Source: Octopus vulgaris (lineage: Eukaryota). From it: a stretch of 64,000 bases of DNA. Under the pieces are notes generated by a model. That model saw only the letters and a program-made list of their open reading frames with translations. It made no database searches and was not told where the DNA came from. The DNA is taken from positions 4,650,001 to 4,714,000 of the forward strand of contig OX597823.1 of the NCBI GenBank assembly GCA_951406725.2, written 5' to 3'. Of this stretch, positions 1 to 13,873 are shown one piece after another; positions within the stretch are counted from its first letter, which is position 1, and each line of letters starts with the position of its first letter. The position numbers were made by a program, and so were the translations under genes.

Positions 1-3000
1 TCCAGTCTGATCTGGCAGTGTTTCTACAGCTGGATGCCCTTCCTAATGCCAACCACTCCGAGAGTGTAGTGGGTGCTTTTTACGTGCCACCAGCACAGGG
101 GCCAGAGGAGGCTGGCAAACGGCCACGATTGGTTGGTGCTTTTACGTGTCACCGACACGGACGCCAGCCAGGCGGCGCTGGCATCTGCCACGTTGGGATG
201 GTGCTTTTAATGTATCACCGGCACAGGTATCTTAACTACAATTTCCATTTGATTTTCATTTTGATGTTGGTGTTAACGTACCTGACTCAATAGGTCTCCA
301 TTATCATTTAGTACATTACATTTAATTCGCCATACATTATTCGTTTCATTATCCATCATCTTTTCCTTCACATTTCAGGTATACTGAAGACCCCTTTTTG
401 CCATTGCTTCAATCTATGTAAATAAAGTGTGGGTGAAAGCAAAGAGTTGTCAGACTTATTTAGTAACCATCGGGCTCACTAGATTACTGTCCCTTTTGAT
501 TGGGGAGGATTACAGTAGAGAGGAAGCTGCTTCAGACTTCACCAGTCTAACATATGTTAGATCCCAGATTATGATCCCTACATAAGAGTGAGCCTGGTCT
601 TTAAGTACAAAACATGCCTTTACTAAAATGCCATTCTCACAGTAAGATGGAGCAAATAATTTGCCACTGTAAATCACAGAAAACATTTTCATTGTTGTTT
701 TAATTAGCCTTCAATAACTGGCATGGAATATCAAATCTGTTCAAACTAATCATCTCCAATATTTCTTTTAATAAACAGCTACCATCAATGCAACCATCTT
801 AATCATTCCTGCGCTCAGACCAAAGTAATTGTTCATGTGGTGTTACGTTCGTTTATCAACCACAAGGTTTTGGGTTCAGTCCCACTGTGCAACATCTTGG
901 GCAAGTGTCTTCTACCATAGCCATGGATTTGGTCGACAGAAAACGAAAGGAACCTGTTGTGTGTGTGTGTGCTTGTACCTCCTCCTCATCACAGCAAGTG
1001 GTAGCTGTAAACAAGCACCACTGTCATAGTGGTATCTTTTGTTCCCAATCTTCTGAGACATGCCTGGTGAGAGGGAAATATTACCTGTTTTGGTAACAAG
1101 TAAGGGTTGGTGAGAGGAAGGTCGTCTGGCCATCCCTCACCTATTTCCAAGCAAGGTGATATTCCCTCCTGGTCAGACAGGTCTTTCATGGAAGATTGTA
1201 TGATGGTGATGCTCGTTTACATCCATCACATAATGTGAAGAGAGGGAGACATAATGCACACACGCAAACAGGATGTGCTTCTTTCAGTTTCTATCAACCA
1301 AATCTACCCACAAGACTTTGGTCAGCCCAGGGTTAGAGAAGACGACACTTGTTGAAGGGTTCACACAGTGGAACTGAATTCAAAACCACATGGTTGGAAA
1401 GCAAACTTACCCACACAGCCATATCTGAGTCTGTAAAACAATGATTAATGCAAGAAAAGCAATCTTGGGAAGATAGAAGAGCAATTTTAAAACTCGCATC
1501 AACCAAACAGAAGACATGAGAGAAGGAGATAGGTGTGGTGGCCTAATCTACTAATCTCCCTCAAATCACAGCCAACAGTCTTAAAAATAGAAAGACACTG
1601 GATAATATAATCCCAGAAACGCTAAAGACAGAATGGAACAGTTTGGATCAACAAATGCATGTAATGTGTTGTTGTTTTGCACAGTGCTTAAGATTCAAAT
1701 ATATACCCTTTCTGTGAATGCCAATATTTTTCTGTATAATCTTCGTGCATATATGCATGTATGTATAATGCATATATATATATCATCATCACTGTTGTTG
1801 TTTAACGTCCACCTTCCATGCTGGCACGGGTTGGACAGTTTGACAGGATCTGGCTAGGCTAGAGCCAGCACTAGACTTTTGTGTCTGTTTTGGCATGGTT
1901 TTTACAGCTGGATGCCCTTCCTAAAGCCAACCACCCGGCAGCATGGGCAGAGTGCATTTTACATGGCACAAGCACAGGCTAAGTTAGTTTTGGCATGGTT
2001 TTTACAACTGAACGTCCTTCCAAACACCAACCACTTTACAGTGCGGACTGGGTGCTTATTGTGTGGCACCAAACATGAGCAGGGTCACCAAGTAACTTGC
2101 AAGACAAAGATCCTCCATTGGAGGAAGGGATCTTGTGTGAGATGACGAAAAATGAAAGGTCTGAGTATGACAGAGAGGCAGAAAAGCAGAAACAGGTGTC
2201 TTGCTGTAGAGGAGGTACATGGTTACCTGGTTAGAGAGAGAGAGAGAGAGGGAGGGAAACAGCAAGGGTGTAGGAGAGATGGTGGTGTAGTGCCAGGGCA
2301 TACTCACAAGGAATGGGAATCAGAATATGAGATGGTAGGGTAAAGGGAGAGAGAGATAGATGGTGGCAAGTACGGGGTTCATAATATAAGTGGCAGGGTG
2401 CTGCCAAAGAAGCAAAATGGCCAAGAGTAGTGCAGTGGTTGGTGAAAACCTGGGTATATAGAATGGGTATACACTGATATGTAATTTATACACACAAATA
2501 TATCCATAGTTACAGTCGGTCATGGTTGGGAATCCAACAGGAAAGTGTAATGACAGTTGCTTTTGATAGGACCCTGTGGAGGAGGTGTCCAAGGACTCCC
2601 TACCTATGGCCCTCCCAGGAATAATAGTTGGAGAAAAAGGAGGGATGGATTCCACACACAGCAGACGACAAGAAAACTTGTCTGTTTTATATGTGCAACA
2701 CTGGGATTCAATGAAAGATGAAAAGACAAAGGAAATTTGTTTAAAGCAGATCTGTAATATGAGGGACCAGTAACAGAGAAGAGGAAAGATTCCATCACAC
2801 AGTTTATTAGCACAAAATGTTTCAGAGATGAGACATTTGTTGAGGTTTCAAGAACTAAACAACAGGATTAATCCTTGTTATCATATATTGGTTGAAATGC
2901 ACTGCCTATTTCAATAATTTTGAAAATAATGAAGAATTTTGTAAAACAATTGTCATTAATAAGTAGGTGTTTAGAACATAAATTAACGAGGAAAAAACAG

Positions 3001-4277
3001 GAAGTTTTATACTGTAGAACCAAGGATGTTCTCTGGGAGATTGGTATCAAAAACGATGTAACTTAAGCTTGTCAACAATGACAAAGATGTAATATTCTTT
3101 TCTACTCAAGGCACAAGATCCAAAATTTTTGGGGAGGGGCCAGTTGATTAGATCGACCCCAGTACGCAACTGGTATTTAATTTATCAACCCCAAAAGGAT
3201 GAAAGGCAAAGTCGACGTCGTGGGGATTTGAACTCAGAACATAAAGACAGACAAAATACCTCTAAGCGTTTCACCCAGCGTGCTTGAGTGATGACATTGT
3301 AAGCAAACTATGATCAGGAGGAGGGGAAAGTGTGTGTGTTAAGACTTCAAGATGAACAAGTTCATAGTAAAAAAAGGCTCAAAACTACACAATGAAGGAA
3401 GTACCAAGTGTTTGAATTGAACTGATTTTACCTACTCTTGAAAACAGACAGCAAACCCGTCCTCAGTGAGATTGATGCGCTATTGATTCATAATTTAGAA
3501 GAGGCAAAAACAAAAACCCCTGATTTCCATCATTATCATCCTTTTAATGCCTACTTTTTCATGCTTGCAAGGGTTAGAAAGAGTTCATTGAGATGGAGAT
3601 TGTATACAGCTGAATGCTCGTCCTGTCTCCAACCCAAACTGGTTTCCAAGGAAGGTAATAATCTCTCAGCTTATTGAGACAACAGCCCAGACATGTTTTA
3701 TGCAGGGAGTTGGAAACCACAGCACTTAGGGAGCCTTTTATTTTCAAAGACCACACAACATATTAAGAAATGTCAGGAAGCCTGGCTGGTTATCCTTTTG
3801 TGGTGGACTGCAAGTCAATGACACTGATAAGAGGTCATTGCTTACAAACCAATGACCACAAAGGAACATGCACACACACACACACAACACTGAGATGCCT
3901 GGTGGTGGTTCAATGTGCTCAAGACGACACCATCCACCCTGGCAAAGATGAGGTCCTAAAAGCATATTGTTTAGCCTATACTCTTTCAACCCATCTTCAC
4001 AACACCCATGCCTTCATCACTTTTCTAACTACTGCACTATCAGCTGCTGTAACACAAAAGCAGAGATGCACATATTCCATCCTGCACGCTTTTGCGCCAC
4101 CTCTCGATGCTACTCACCCAGCGTACTCAATATCATCCCATATAGTCAGAATTTAAAGCAGAAGACCAAAATGCTATCCAGTTCTGAGCAGTCCAGTGTG
4201 GCACTGACAACCTCCCATACCACTGAAATTTGTTGAGCTTGTGTCTAATCCAGAAATCATTGTTGTTGTTGTTGTTA

Positions 4278-6180
4278 TTGTGGTGACCTGGCAGAATCGT
4301 TAGCATGCAGGGCAAAATGATCAGCAGCATTTCATTCACGTTTACATTCTGAGTTCAGAGGTTGACTTATCCTTTCAGGTTCGACAAAATTAGTACCAGT
4401 TAGACACTGGGATCGATGTAATCCTCCCCCTAAATTGCTGGTCTTGTGCCAAAATTCGAAACCATTATTATTAATAATAATAATGATGATGATGCGAGTA
4501 GGTAGAATCCTTAGAGCGTCGAAAGAAATGTCTAGTAGCATTTCTTCCATTCTACGTTCAAATTACAGCGAGGCCATCCTTCAAGGGTCGATAGAAAAGT
4601 ACTAGTCAAGTACTGGGGGGGGGTCGATATAATCGACTACACCTGCCCAATTACTGGCCTCGTGCCAAAATATGAAGCCATTATTACTATTATTATTATG
4701 ACTCATACAAAAGACATTTTCGAAGGTTTATTATTATTATTTTACATATCGAAAACAAAATTACAGGCATTAAACGAGACTTGTTAACCGAAACTGCTAC
4801 AACCGCAAAAGTGTAAAACCGTTTTTAGCATACACGAAAAAGAAAGAAAGAAAGAAAAAAAACAGGTTTAAAAGGATAGAACAGTTACAAAAGGTCAATC
4901 TTGTTATTTTCAAATGTAAGTACAAAGTAGAGCAAGCGACTTTATTTAGCTTTCTAACTGCATTATCATTATAGAATAGATGGAATATTATTAATTAGCA
5001 AACGCCATTTAGCATTTTGACTTTTTGGAAGTTGTTGGGATGGGTTTTATGAAATCAGAAGAACCTAACCAATACCAGAACCACGTTTGGTCGGGGAATG
5101 ACTAATATGAATTATTATTAGGTGCGGAGGAGAAGAAGAAAAAGGAAATTGCCGTTGATTCTGGCATAAAACGAGGAAAGGGTGGCAGTCGGGTGGGCAA
5201 ATATAAAGAGGAAAAAACAGATTAGTTTAATCAACTGACAGATAACATTCAAACTTTTAAGTCTCTAAACACCTTTTCTCTAAATACTTGGCTGCTATTT
5301 CGCTTCTATTATTATTATTATTACTATTATTATTTATTCGCAGAAACACCAGAGCGTCGAGGAGGGAAAATGCCTTGCGGTAATTTGTTCCGGCTTTTTA
5401 ATATTCTATGTTCAACTCCCGCCGAGGTCAACTTTGCAGTTCAGCTCTCTGGGGTCAATAAAATAAAGGACCGTGCAAATACTGGGAGGGGGTGATGTAA
5501 TCGACTTACCCCACCCCTCAAAATAGGTGGTCTTGTACCAAAATTAGAATTTTAAAAACATTATGAAGAGGTAGACAGACTGGCAAAATCGTCAAAGGAG
5601 CGAGGCAAAAATGCCTTGCGGTATTTTGTTCCAACCCTTTACGTCGTCAGTTCAAAAACCATTAACATCGACTTTGCCTTTCATCCTTTCGAAGTCGACA
5701 AAATAAAGTACCAGTCATATATACTGGAGTCGATATGGCATCGACTAGACTCCCTTCCTTCAAAATTGCTCTATCAAAATTTGAAAATTATTATTAATAT
5801 TATTCGTTATATCATCGGAGTAAATCATAGAGGCAATTCTTCTGACACTCCGAGTTCTGAGTGTTGGTAAAATAAAAATACCAGCTAAGCACTGGGGGCG
5901 ATGGCACCGACGAGCCCCTCTTCTGAAAATTGCTAGCCTTGTGTCTAAACTAGAGACATTATCATCAAAAAAAGGCGGCTTAATTGACAAAACCGTTAGA
6001 GCGTCAGATACAGAATACCATGAGGGTATTTGTTCCGGCTTTTTACGTCCTGGGTGGGTCCCAAATTCCGCCCAGGTCAACTTTGCCATATATTCTTGTC
6101 GATAAAATAAAATAGTAATGAGTAATAGGTTAGTGTCTATAAGTATGGGGGCTGACTGCTCTCTCTCCCCTCAAAATCAA
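4278..6180 (+). mobile_element. Pile of ~6-7 head-to-tail tRNA-type SINE copies (octopus SINE family A)
   Basis: Repeating ggcagaatcgttag..gagttcaa..gtcgactttgcctttcatcc..gtcgataaaataaagtacc..gtgccaaaatt units separated by (TTA/AAT)n. Other copies at 3100-3285(-), 14505-14730(-), 25163-25326(-), 37110-37330, 39241-39450(-), 48662-48875, 63380-63650. Confidence 0.75.
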
Positions 6181-6765
6181 AAACCATTAATAATTCACCA
6201 ATGACAATTCGTTGGTGAATTTGAAAAGAGAACATGAAACGGACAAGCAACCAGTAAAAACTGTTACAGATTAGTAATAACAAGATACGCAATGGTAAAT
6301 TGTTAACATTGCAAGGATTAGTAATATTGTTTCAATACGCATCCCTGGATTCAGATTAATCCTCTGAAATCAAAATATATAATTAATTAAAAATTAAATA
6401 TATTTATCTGCAGTAAATCGGGGTTTTTAAAAATGTATTTTTTTTCTTCTTTCTTTTAGCTTCCAGAAAGGTAAACAATTCGAGAAATAAAATGAAATGT
6501 GTACAGAAATAACTCAATTCTGGTTAAGATAATAATTATAGACAATTAATTACGTAATGTTGGAATATTTATTTCGAAATGGGGTTACTGTGGACATCAT
6601 GAGTGGAAATGTAGTTATTGTTAAGTGTGAAACAGCTCCGTTTGATAGCGAGGAGGGGATGGCATGGGTGGAGTCATGAAACATAACGTTTGAATGACTG
6701 ATTCAAATAACTATACAATCAGAAAATGAATTATGTATATATATATAGAGATATATACGTACATT

Positions 6766-6797
<32 letters not shown>

Positions 6798-7653
6798 CAC
6801 ACATGCATATATCACATATACAAGCATATATATATGTACATGCTTACATATGTATACGTGTGTGTGTATTAATACATACATATACACGCACGCAAACCTA
6901 TACACACACATAAGATACGTTGTGTGGATTTTAAAAAATCAATCAAGATTTTTTATTCTCTTTCTGATATGACTTATTCTTGGTGAATAGTGAAGGGACG
7001 AGGAGAACACACGCCCAGGTAAATGCCATAGAAACTCGGGATGAATCGGGGGTTATGTCTACCTCAATGTCTACAGGTGTTGCTGGTTTTCGGGGGGACA
7101 CTGTTGATACAGACTTCCGGCTTGAAATCCTCACTCCATGCCAGACACCCTAAACCTAACTGGTAATGGTAAAGGAAGATGAAAACCATGATAATATCCG
7201 AGACTTAACAACCTGATAACGGATATAAAATTCTCCTCTCTCAAATTAATCTCCCCGCCAACAGGATCGGGTAAATATGTCTGCGAGAAAGAAACACATG
7301 TGTGATATCTAGTCAGTCCGACTGATAGGGGGGAAAACTTAATTAAGCAGCTGTGTATTATATTATTATCGCTTTCTCCCCTCCCGAAACAGGAGGAACG
7401 GAACGGAAACCCGATTCTAGTTAGTGGGGAAACAAAATATCTGTCGACTGTTATTTAGGGAGATTTCATAAGGTCCCGAACAAGATCAAGTTACCTACAC
7501 ACAATAGAGTCCATTATATACGCACACGCAAAGTGTGTTCATTTATCTGTTCACATTTGGAAGGTTCTACAACACGAAACCGTTCCGTAACGTGAATAAA
7601 CTGTTATGAAACTAAAACTAACTCCATTTACAATATACTATATTATACACATA

Positions 7654-7686
<33 letters not shown>

Positions 7687-8284
7687 ACAAATCTGTCAAC
7701 ATTGTTAAAATCCATTTCTAACAATGAATACTTTAGTAGAAAATAAACTTTATCTGAAAACGTATGTGTAATGCTGTTAATTTTTTAATAATTGATCCGA
7801 TTCTAATTAGTGTTAATTTTTTTCTAGATTGTCCAGTTATAGAAAACAAAGAATGCAACATGAAGGGGGGGGGGAATGATAAAAAGAGAGAGAGAGGGGG
7901 AAGAGGGGGGTGAGAAAGAAACTGTGAACAGAGAAAGCTTTCCAAAGTTGAGAAGAAAGTTTTATGTTCTCGTGTTGGGAGAGAACATGAATTTAGACAA
8001 GAAAAGCGATCGAGTTTAATGTTGGTGAGTGTATCCTAGCAACCTTATTGCCAGCTATGGCATACAGAACCAAAAAGAAAGAAAAAAAATGAATAAATTG
8101 CGGGACAGAGTCTAAATGGGGAAAAGAAAGCATCCGTAATGCAATCAAATTTAGGATGTTAGAGGCCTTTCCTGGCAAGAAGGAACAAAATGCAATGGAT
8201 TTAATAACAGAAAAGAGATGAAGGGAGTCGAGAAACAAGAGTTAAGATGGATTCAAGCAATTGAATGAAAGAGAAAATACTTGC

Positions 8285-8339
8285 CATCAGTTCGTTGAAT
8301 ATCAACGTTCAGGCCGACGGAGATGCGGCCGAATTCCAT
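8285..8339 (-). CDS. KIF2A: Kinesin-13 (KIF2A/Klp10A-like) first coding exon; rest of gene lies left of the window
   Basis: ctaccATG then MEFGRISVGLNVDIQRTD(G), resembling the kinesin-13 N-terminus (human KIF2A ..FGKIQIGIYVEIKRSDG RIH..). Ends in a phase-1 G|GCAAGT donor. No second exon recognised in 1-8200. Confidence 0.75.
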
Positions 8340-8899
8340 GGTAGAAGTGTAAGGAGATTCTTTCTCTCAATTTATAACCCTTTTCCTTCGCAATTGCTCT
8401 TGTTTTAATACAATGTTGTTGTTGTTTTTTTTAAATGGTGTATGTATAAATATAAATGTTTGTTTCTCTGTATATATGAGTCTGTGTGTGTGTGTCTGTG
8501 TGTGTGTGGTTGTGTCTGAGAAGTGTAGTATTATTGAGTTGTTCGCAGAAAAAAAAAAAGGTATCACATTTGTTCTGTTGGAAGCCTTTAAAGTACAGCA
8601 GGCGTCAGAATAACGACAGAAGAACAGTGAAGGCGGCTTTCTTTCTCGTTCCTTAGAGAAGTGAGTGGAGGAGACGGAAAGACAGAGGCGAAGCTAAATA
8701 ATAAATGTCAACCCAAAGCTTTGAGTGTAATTAATTAACTAACAAAAAAAAAAAAAGAAAGAAAAGGCAACATATATGGTGTTGCGCCAACAAAATTGGC
8801 CCACCAAATCTTGACCATGGGCAAATCGTTAACCAGCGCCTATTGCGTGCCTGCTCGTCTCGGCTCAGACCATAAAATCAACAAAGATATTCCAAAGCC

Positions 8900-9035
8900 C
8901 TTCTTCGACGAACGGCAGTGGCGGCCGTTAGCGAATTTCAAACTTGTCATGCGCTTGCGCAACTTCCGCTTGGACGGCCGTCGTCTCTTTCACTGCAGCT
9001 TAGTAACTACACCAAACATGGCATCACGTGGCTAA
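8900..9035. promoter_or_regulatory. CpG-rich promoter region, probably of the KIF2-like gene
   Basis: Local CpG enrichment with NRF1-like TGCGCTTGCGCA (8950-8961), ETS-like ACTTCCG (8962-8968) and E-box CACGTG (9025-9030), ~600 bp upstream of the KIF2 ATG. Confidence 0.55.
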
Positions 9036-9736
9036 TAACGCACCTGCTCAACTAATTGCTGCTTGATTTCTCCGTCATTCGTCTATTGTTTAGCTCCAAA
9101 TCATCCCTGATTGAGCAGATCAAAGGTGTTCTAACAGCCATGGCTATCTCCTCGTAGTTTTCTATATCTATGACAACACTATCAGTTCTGTCCTTTTTTT
9201 TTTTTTTCAAAAAAAAAACTGTCAGGGTGTGATTTGGCAGTTCTTTCAGATTTCGGGCAACCATGTATAGGCTCCCTTCGTTTATTCATTCATGTACTGT
9301 TTATCCCCTTATTAAGAAGTTCAAAAACGTTCTAACAGCCATGACCATTTCATAATTTTAAATGTCAATTACATCTCTCTCTCTCTCTTTTAAAAAGAAC
9401 TGTGAGGGTGTGATTTAGCAACTATTTCTCACATCTAAGATAACCATGTATAAGGTCCGTCTTGCTCATTCATATGGAGTTTGTCAATGATTACCTCAGC
9501 ATCAAATTTGGTTTCTAATTTATTTAGTTATATATGTATTTGTTTATTTTGCTGTGGTTGCTTGCTCTGGTCGCGTATAATTTGGTGTGCACAGGTAAAA
9601 AAGGAAAAAAATATTGTGTTTCGGGATGGTCATTTTTTTTCTTTCAGCAATACTTATTTGCTGATAGCTTATTGATTTATTACTATTATTTTGAATCTTC
9701 ATCGAAGATCTATGTGAACTTCCAGAGAATTTGAAT

Positions 9737-9770
<34 letters not shown>

Positions 9771-10864
9771 AGAAAGATCGAGAATATCATACATTTTGGC
9801 GTTATTTAGCTCTATAGCAGCTTTAATTGGACTGTCATTAAAAGATTTCTTATTTATAGTGTATCTAGAAATATATATCCAACTGTCTTCCCTTTGTAAA
9901 GACGCTACGGTGGTGGTGGTGGTGTTGGAGACAATGTGGCTGCTATTTCTAGCAAACCGAGCGACTGCATTGATATTCCCTCGTTTTTTGTAACTTTTCA
10001 AACTGATGAACAGTTACTGTTCACAAACCATCCCATTCAGCTTGCATGTAACATAAATAGGCGAACGAAAGATCGCCCATAAATATACTCAGTAACTCGT
10101 TATATATACACACCTTTTATTAATTCGAAGCTGGAGCTTCACTCCAAATTTCTCTTCTCTCTCTCTCTTACACACACATATGAGCGAACAAATGAAAGAA
10201 TATAGCGTTGAACACGTTTGGCAGGAGTTCCATATTTCAATAACAGTTTGACTCAACTCCACATGACTTAAACTTTCATGTGTGTATGAATGAGTGTATA
10301 TATGTGTGTGTGTGTTACTTTTTGCAATGTTATCTATCGAAGTGTACGATTTTGAATTCACCTGTGACATTCCTGCCAGTGACATGCTAACTTACCCCCA
10401 GGCCTTCCCCTTAACTACCATTAGGGTAGGAGTTAAGGTAGGAAAAATACTGAGTAGGAGACGTCAACCAACTTAGCTCAGGCATAATTGCTCGCCTTGC
10501 TAGAAATAGCAACCACACCTCCCTTAAATCACAACCTACTGACGAAAAAAAAAGGAAAGACTTTAGATAGTGTGATCCTAACAGGACATGATGGTCACAG
10601 TTGGACTACTTTAAATCTGCTCAATCAGGGCCGACTTGGGAGCTAAATAAGTTTATATATATAAACACACACATATATATATACACACACATGTATAAAT
10701 ACATATATGCATGTATACACATGTGTATGTGTGTATATATACATGTACATTCATATATATTCATTTATACATATGTAAATAGAATACATCCTAGATATCA
10801 ATAAAGAAATCAGAATACATCCTAGATATCTACACACACACATGTATATATACATATTTGTATG

Positions 10865-10944
10865 TACATACGTATACATGCATTCATAATCACACACACA
10901 CACGTGTGTATGTGTGTGATTATGAATGCATGTATACGTATGTA
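10865..10944. repeat. Near-perfect 80-bp palindrome
   Basis: tacatacgtatacatgcattcataatcacaca..tgtgtgattatgaatgcatgtatacgtatgta. Confidence 0.9.
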
Positions 10945-12679
10945 TGTATGTGCGCGCGCTCTTGTATGTAAGCGAACTCCACCCGTCTGCAGTTTCCTAA
11001 AACAATGCCGAAAGATTTCTGTTGGCGTTACAGAATAACGCTTTTGTTTCTGTGCATGACAATCTGCAATCAAGCTCTCTGTCTATTCTATGTTTTTATA
11101 TAAACTCAAAAGCTGAAACAAAGACGACAAGACAAAGTTATATTGATTTTCTTTCCCGGGGTAGAACATCCTAGTAACGAACTTGACACCACAATGCTGC
11201 CAGCAATGCGCATGTTCAACCAAGACGCAGCAGCTCGTCACTCATTCAAATAGTTATTTTAAATAATTAGTTTAATATATCGCCTAGAATCGCATCTACT
11301 AACGGACGGATGAATATATTTCCTCACGGAAGCCCTTATTCTTTCTTCATTTTGACCTGACACATGTCTAATTTTCTCCTCCCAGATTTCATAACTTACT
11401 TGATAGATTCCCAAGTGAACGGCCAAGCCTTTCTTCGCCTTTTTACTCGAAGATGTTAAATTCGGTAGATTGATTACGAAACATGAGAAGAAAGAACCAA
11501 ACGAAGTATTGTAAAGTATTCTGTCTGGCGCTGTGCCGTCTTAGAAATGTCAAACAATGTTAAATTGTTGTACAATACAAACTTATTGGAGAGGAACAGT
11601 ATAGTTTGTCGATCGTCTCCAGTATGTTACTGGTACTTATTTTGTCGACGCCGTTTGGATGAAAGGCAGTAATATTTTTAAAACTCAAGTTCACAGATAC
11701 CCCGAAGCTGTTCTTTCATAGCGAACCTGATGTCCTTGAAATCGTTAACAATATCGATTTGTGATTAAGCTAATATGGTAGAACAGTAAACCAAATGACC
11801 TTCAGTATTTAGTTAACGGTCTTCTTACGTTCAAATCTTACTAAGAACAACTTTGCATTTCACATGTTCGACTTTGATAAAACAAATAATAATGACAATA
11901 ATTTACCGTTGATTCTAATTAGCTACATATAACTATATATTTTATAAAGGGGGGAATTAAATTGGCGCCTAGGCGTCAAGTAGCGTAACAAGGGATGTGC
12001 CAAACGCAAAGAACAGTCACTTTGTGATGGGGGCTAACGTACGTGGAAGGTATGTTATGTTTAAGAAGAGGGTAACCGCCCAAAATCCATGTTACATCAT
12101 TGGTGAGTGTAGGCAGCTTCCAGCTATTATATGGAGCTCTCTTTAAATTTCTAATAGATAAATATTTACTTTCATTTGATAGAATACTACAAAACGGCAG
12201 AGAGGTTCGCGGTTTGCATCCAACACTGAAGGATTGCTATTTCCAATATTAACATGCCGAGCTCTTCTAATGGCCCCAGCCCACTTGGGTGTAAATTAGT
12301 ACCTATGTAATTGATGAGTGATGCATTAGTTTTGATTTAGTTCTGTTGAAAGGATTGCCAGCAATGAGGCTGGTTTCTCATTAACAAGGAGCTTTAGTCT
12401 CTGATCAACATAACATTAATATGCGCCAACCAGCAAGTGTGTCTGGATTCACACAAAGATATATGTTATCCTAAAGCCAAAGTGTCACGTAAAAAGCACC
12501 CAGTAGACCCTGTTAAGTGGTTGGCGTTAGGAAAGGGCATTCAGCTGTAGAAACCAAACCAAAACAGACTACGGGACCTTGTGTCGCCCGGCTCCTATCA
12601 AGCTGTCTAACCGATGCCAGCATAGAAAACAGACGTTAAATGTTGATGACGATTGATGATAAGATATAAATATATATTC

Positions 12680-13268
12680 GGATCTTTTCCTTTTGAACGG
12701 CAGATGTCAATACAACTTCTAGTTAACTAAACACTTCGTATACTGGTAGAATGTGTTTATAAAACATCATTTTCTCTTGGTTTTATTGAGAAAATTCTAT
12801 AGTTTGTAAGATATTTCGTCTGAAAATCCGAGCATTTCGGCAATTTTAACCAGTCGATTACCCCCATTCAACTAAAATCATTTGCTGGGTCTAAAACTGA
12901 GACAACATCCTGTAACTAACCCTAACTCTAATTTTTTTTTTCTTAATTGTTAAATTAATTTAATTCCATTGCTTTAGTTTTTTTACACACGTAACAATTA
13001 AGAAAAAAAAAATTAGGGTTGGGGGGAGGTTTAGGGTTAGTGACAGGATGATGTCTCAGTTTTAGACGCAGCAAATGATTTTAGCTCAAAAGAGAGCATA
13101 GGATTGGTTAAAATTCGAAAAATTAAACTACGTTAAACAAACAAATTACAATTTTCTCAAGAAAGCCAAGAGAAAAAAATGTTTTATTTTGACACATTCT
13201 ACCAGTATACGAAGTTTTAAAGTGTTTAGTTAACTAGAAATTGTCTGCCGTTCAAAAGGAAAAGATCC
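12680..13268. mobile_element. Foldback-type MITE (almost entirely palindromic)
   Basis: GGATCTTTTCCTTTTGAACGGCAGA.. / ..TCTGCCGTTCAAAAGGAAAAGATCC; the arms pair over most of the length; 8-bp TSD ATATATTC. Confidence 0.9.
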
Positions 13269-13274
13269 ATATAT

Positions 13275-13637
13275 TCTTTTACTTTTTTCAGTCATTTGAC
13301 TGTGGCCATACTGGAGCACCACCTTTAGTCATGCAAATTGACCCCAGGATTTATTCTTTGTAAGCCTAGCACTTATTCTATCGGTCTCTTTTGCCGAACC
13401 GCTAAGTTACTGGGACGAAAACACACCAGCATCGGTTGTCAAGCGATGTTGGGGGGACACACAGACACACTCACATACATGTATATATACGACGGGCTTC
13501 TTTCAGTTTCCGTCTACCAAATCCACTCACAGGGCTTTGGTTGGCCCGAGGCTATAGTAAAAGACACTTGCCCAAGGTGCCACGCAGTGGGACTAAACCT
13601 GCAACCATGTGATTGGTAAGCAAGCTACTTACCACAG
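13275..13637 (-). mobile_element. tRNA-type SINE family B (near full-length copy)
   Basis: Minus strand: tgtggtaagtagcttgcttacc..agtcccactgcgtggcaccttgggcaagtgtc..ggtagacggaaactgaaagaagccc..ggccacagtcaaatgactga. Other copies at 865-960, 1275-1420(-), 38322-38485, 45798-45955(-), 50315-50655, 54085-54240(-), 55648-56005(-). Confidence 0.8.
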
Positions 13638-13873
13638 ATAGAATCGGGTACTTGAAAGATATGCACCAAGTAGGGTTGGATAAACGTGTGATCACTGCCT
13701 TCAGTTGATAGATATCAAATAGGATATTCAGGTTGTGTACTCAGACAAAGCAAACCCGATGAGTATTTAGCGCCCAGGGGCTGGTTCAAAGCACACGTTA
13801 CGTTGATTGTACGTTGTTGGTATACTCCAGGGTATCCGACTTGTCGTAAATCCCTATGTTGTATTATAATCTA

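Noticed and set aside
18-293. Recurrent ORFs containing [21 protein letters not shown]
   Set aside because: Antisense translations of the RTE 3'UTR repeat, not a protein family.
8010-8045. ARIHS peptide as KIF2 exon 2
   Set aside because: Splice phase is incompatible and the following sequence lacks the V.VEW..G..KGKE motif.
11385-12400. Plus-strand segments with good splice signals
   Set aside because: I could not assemble an open reading frame or recognise a homologue; possibly a lncRNA or pseudogene, but unsupported.
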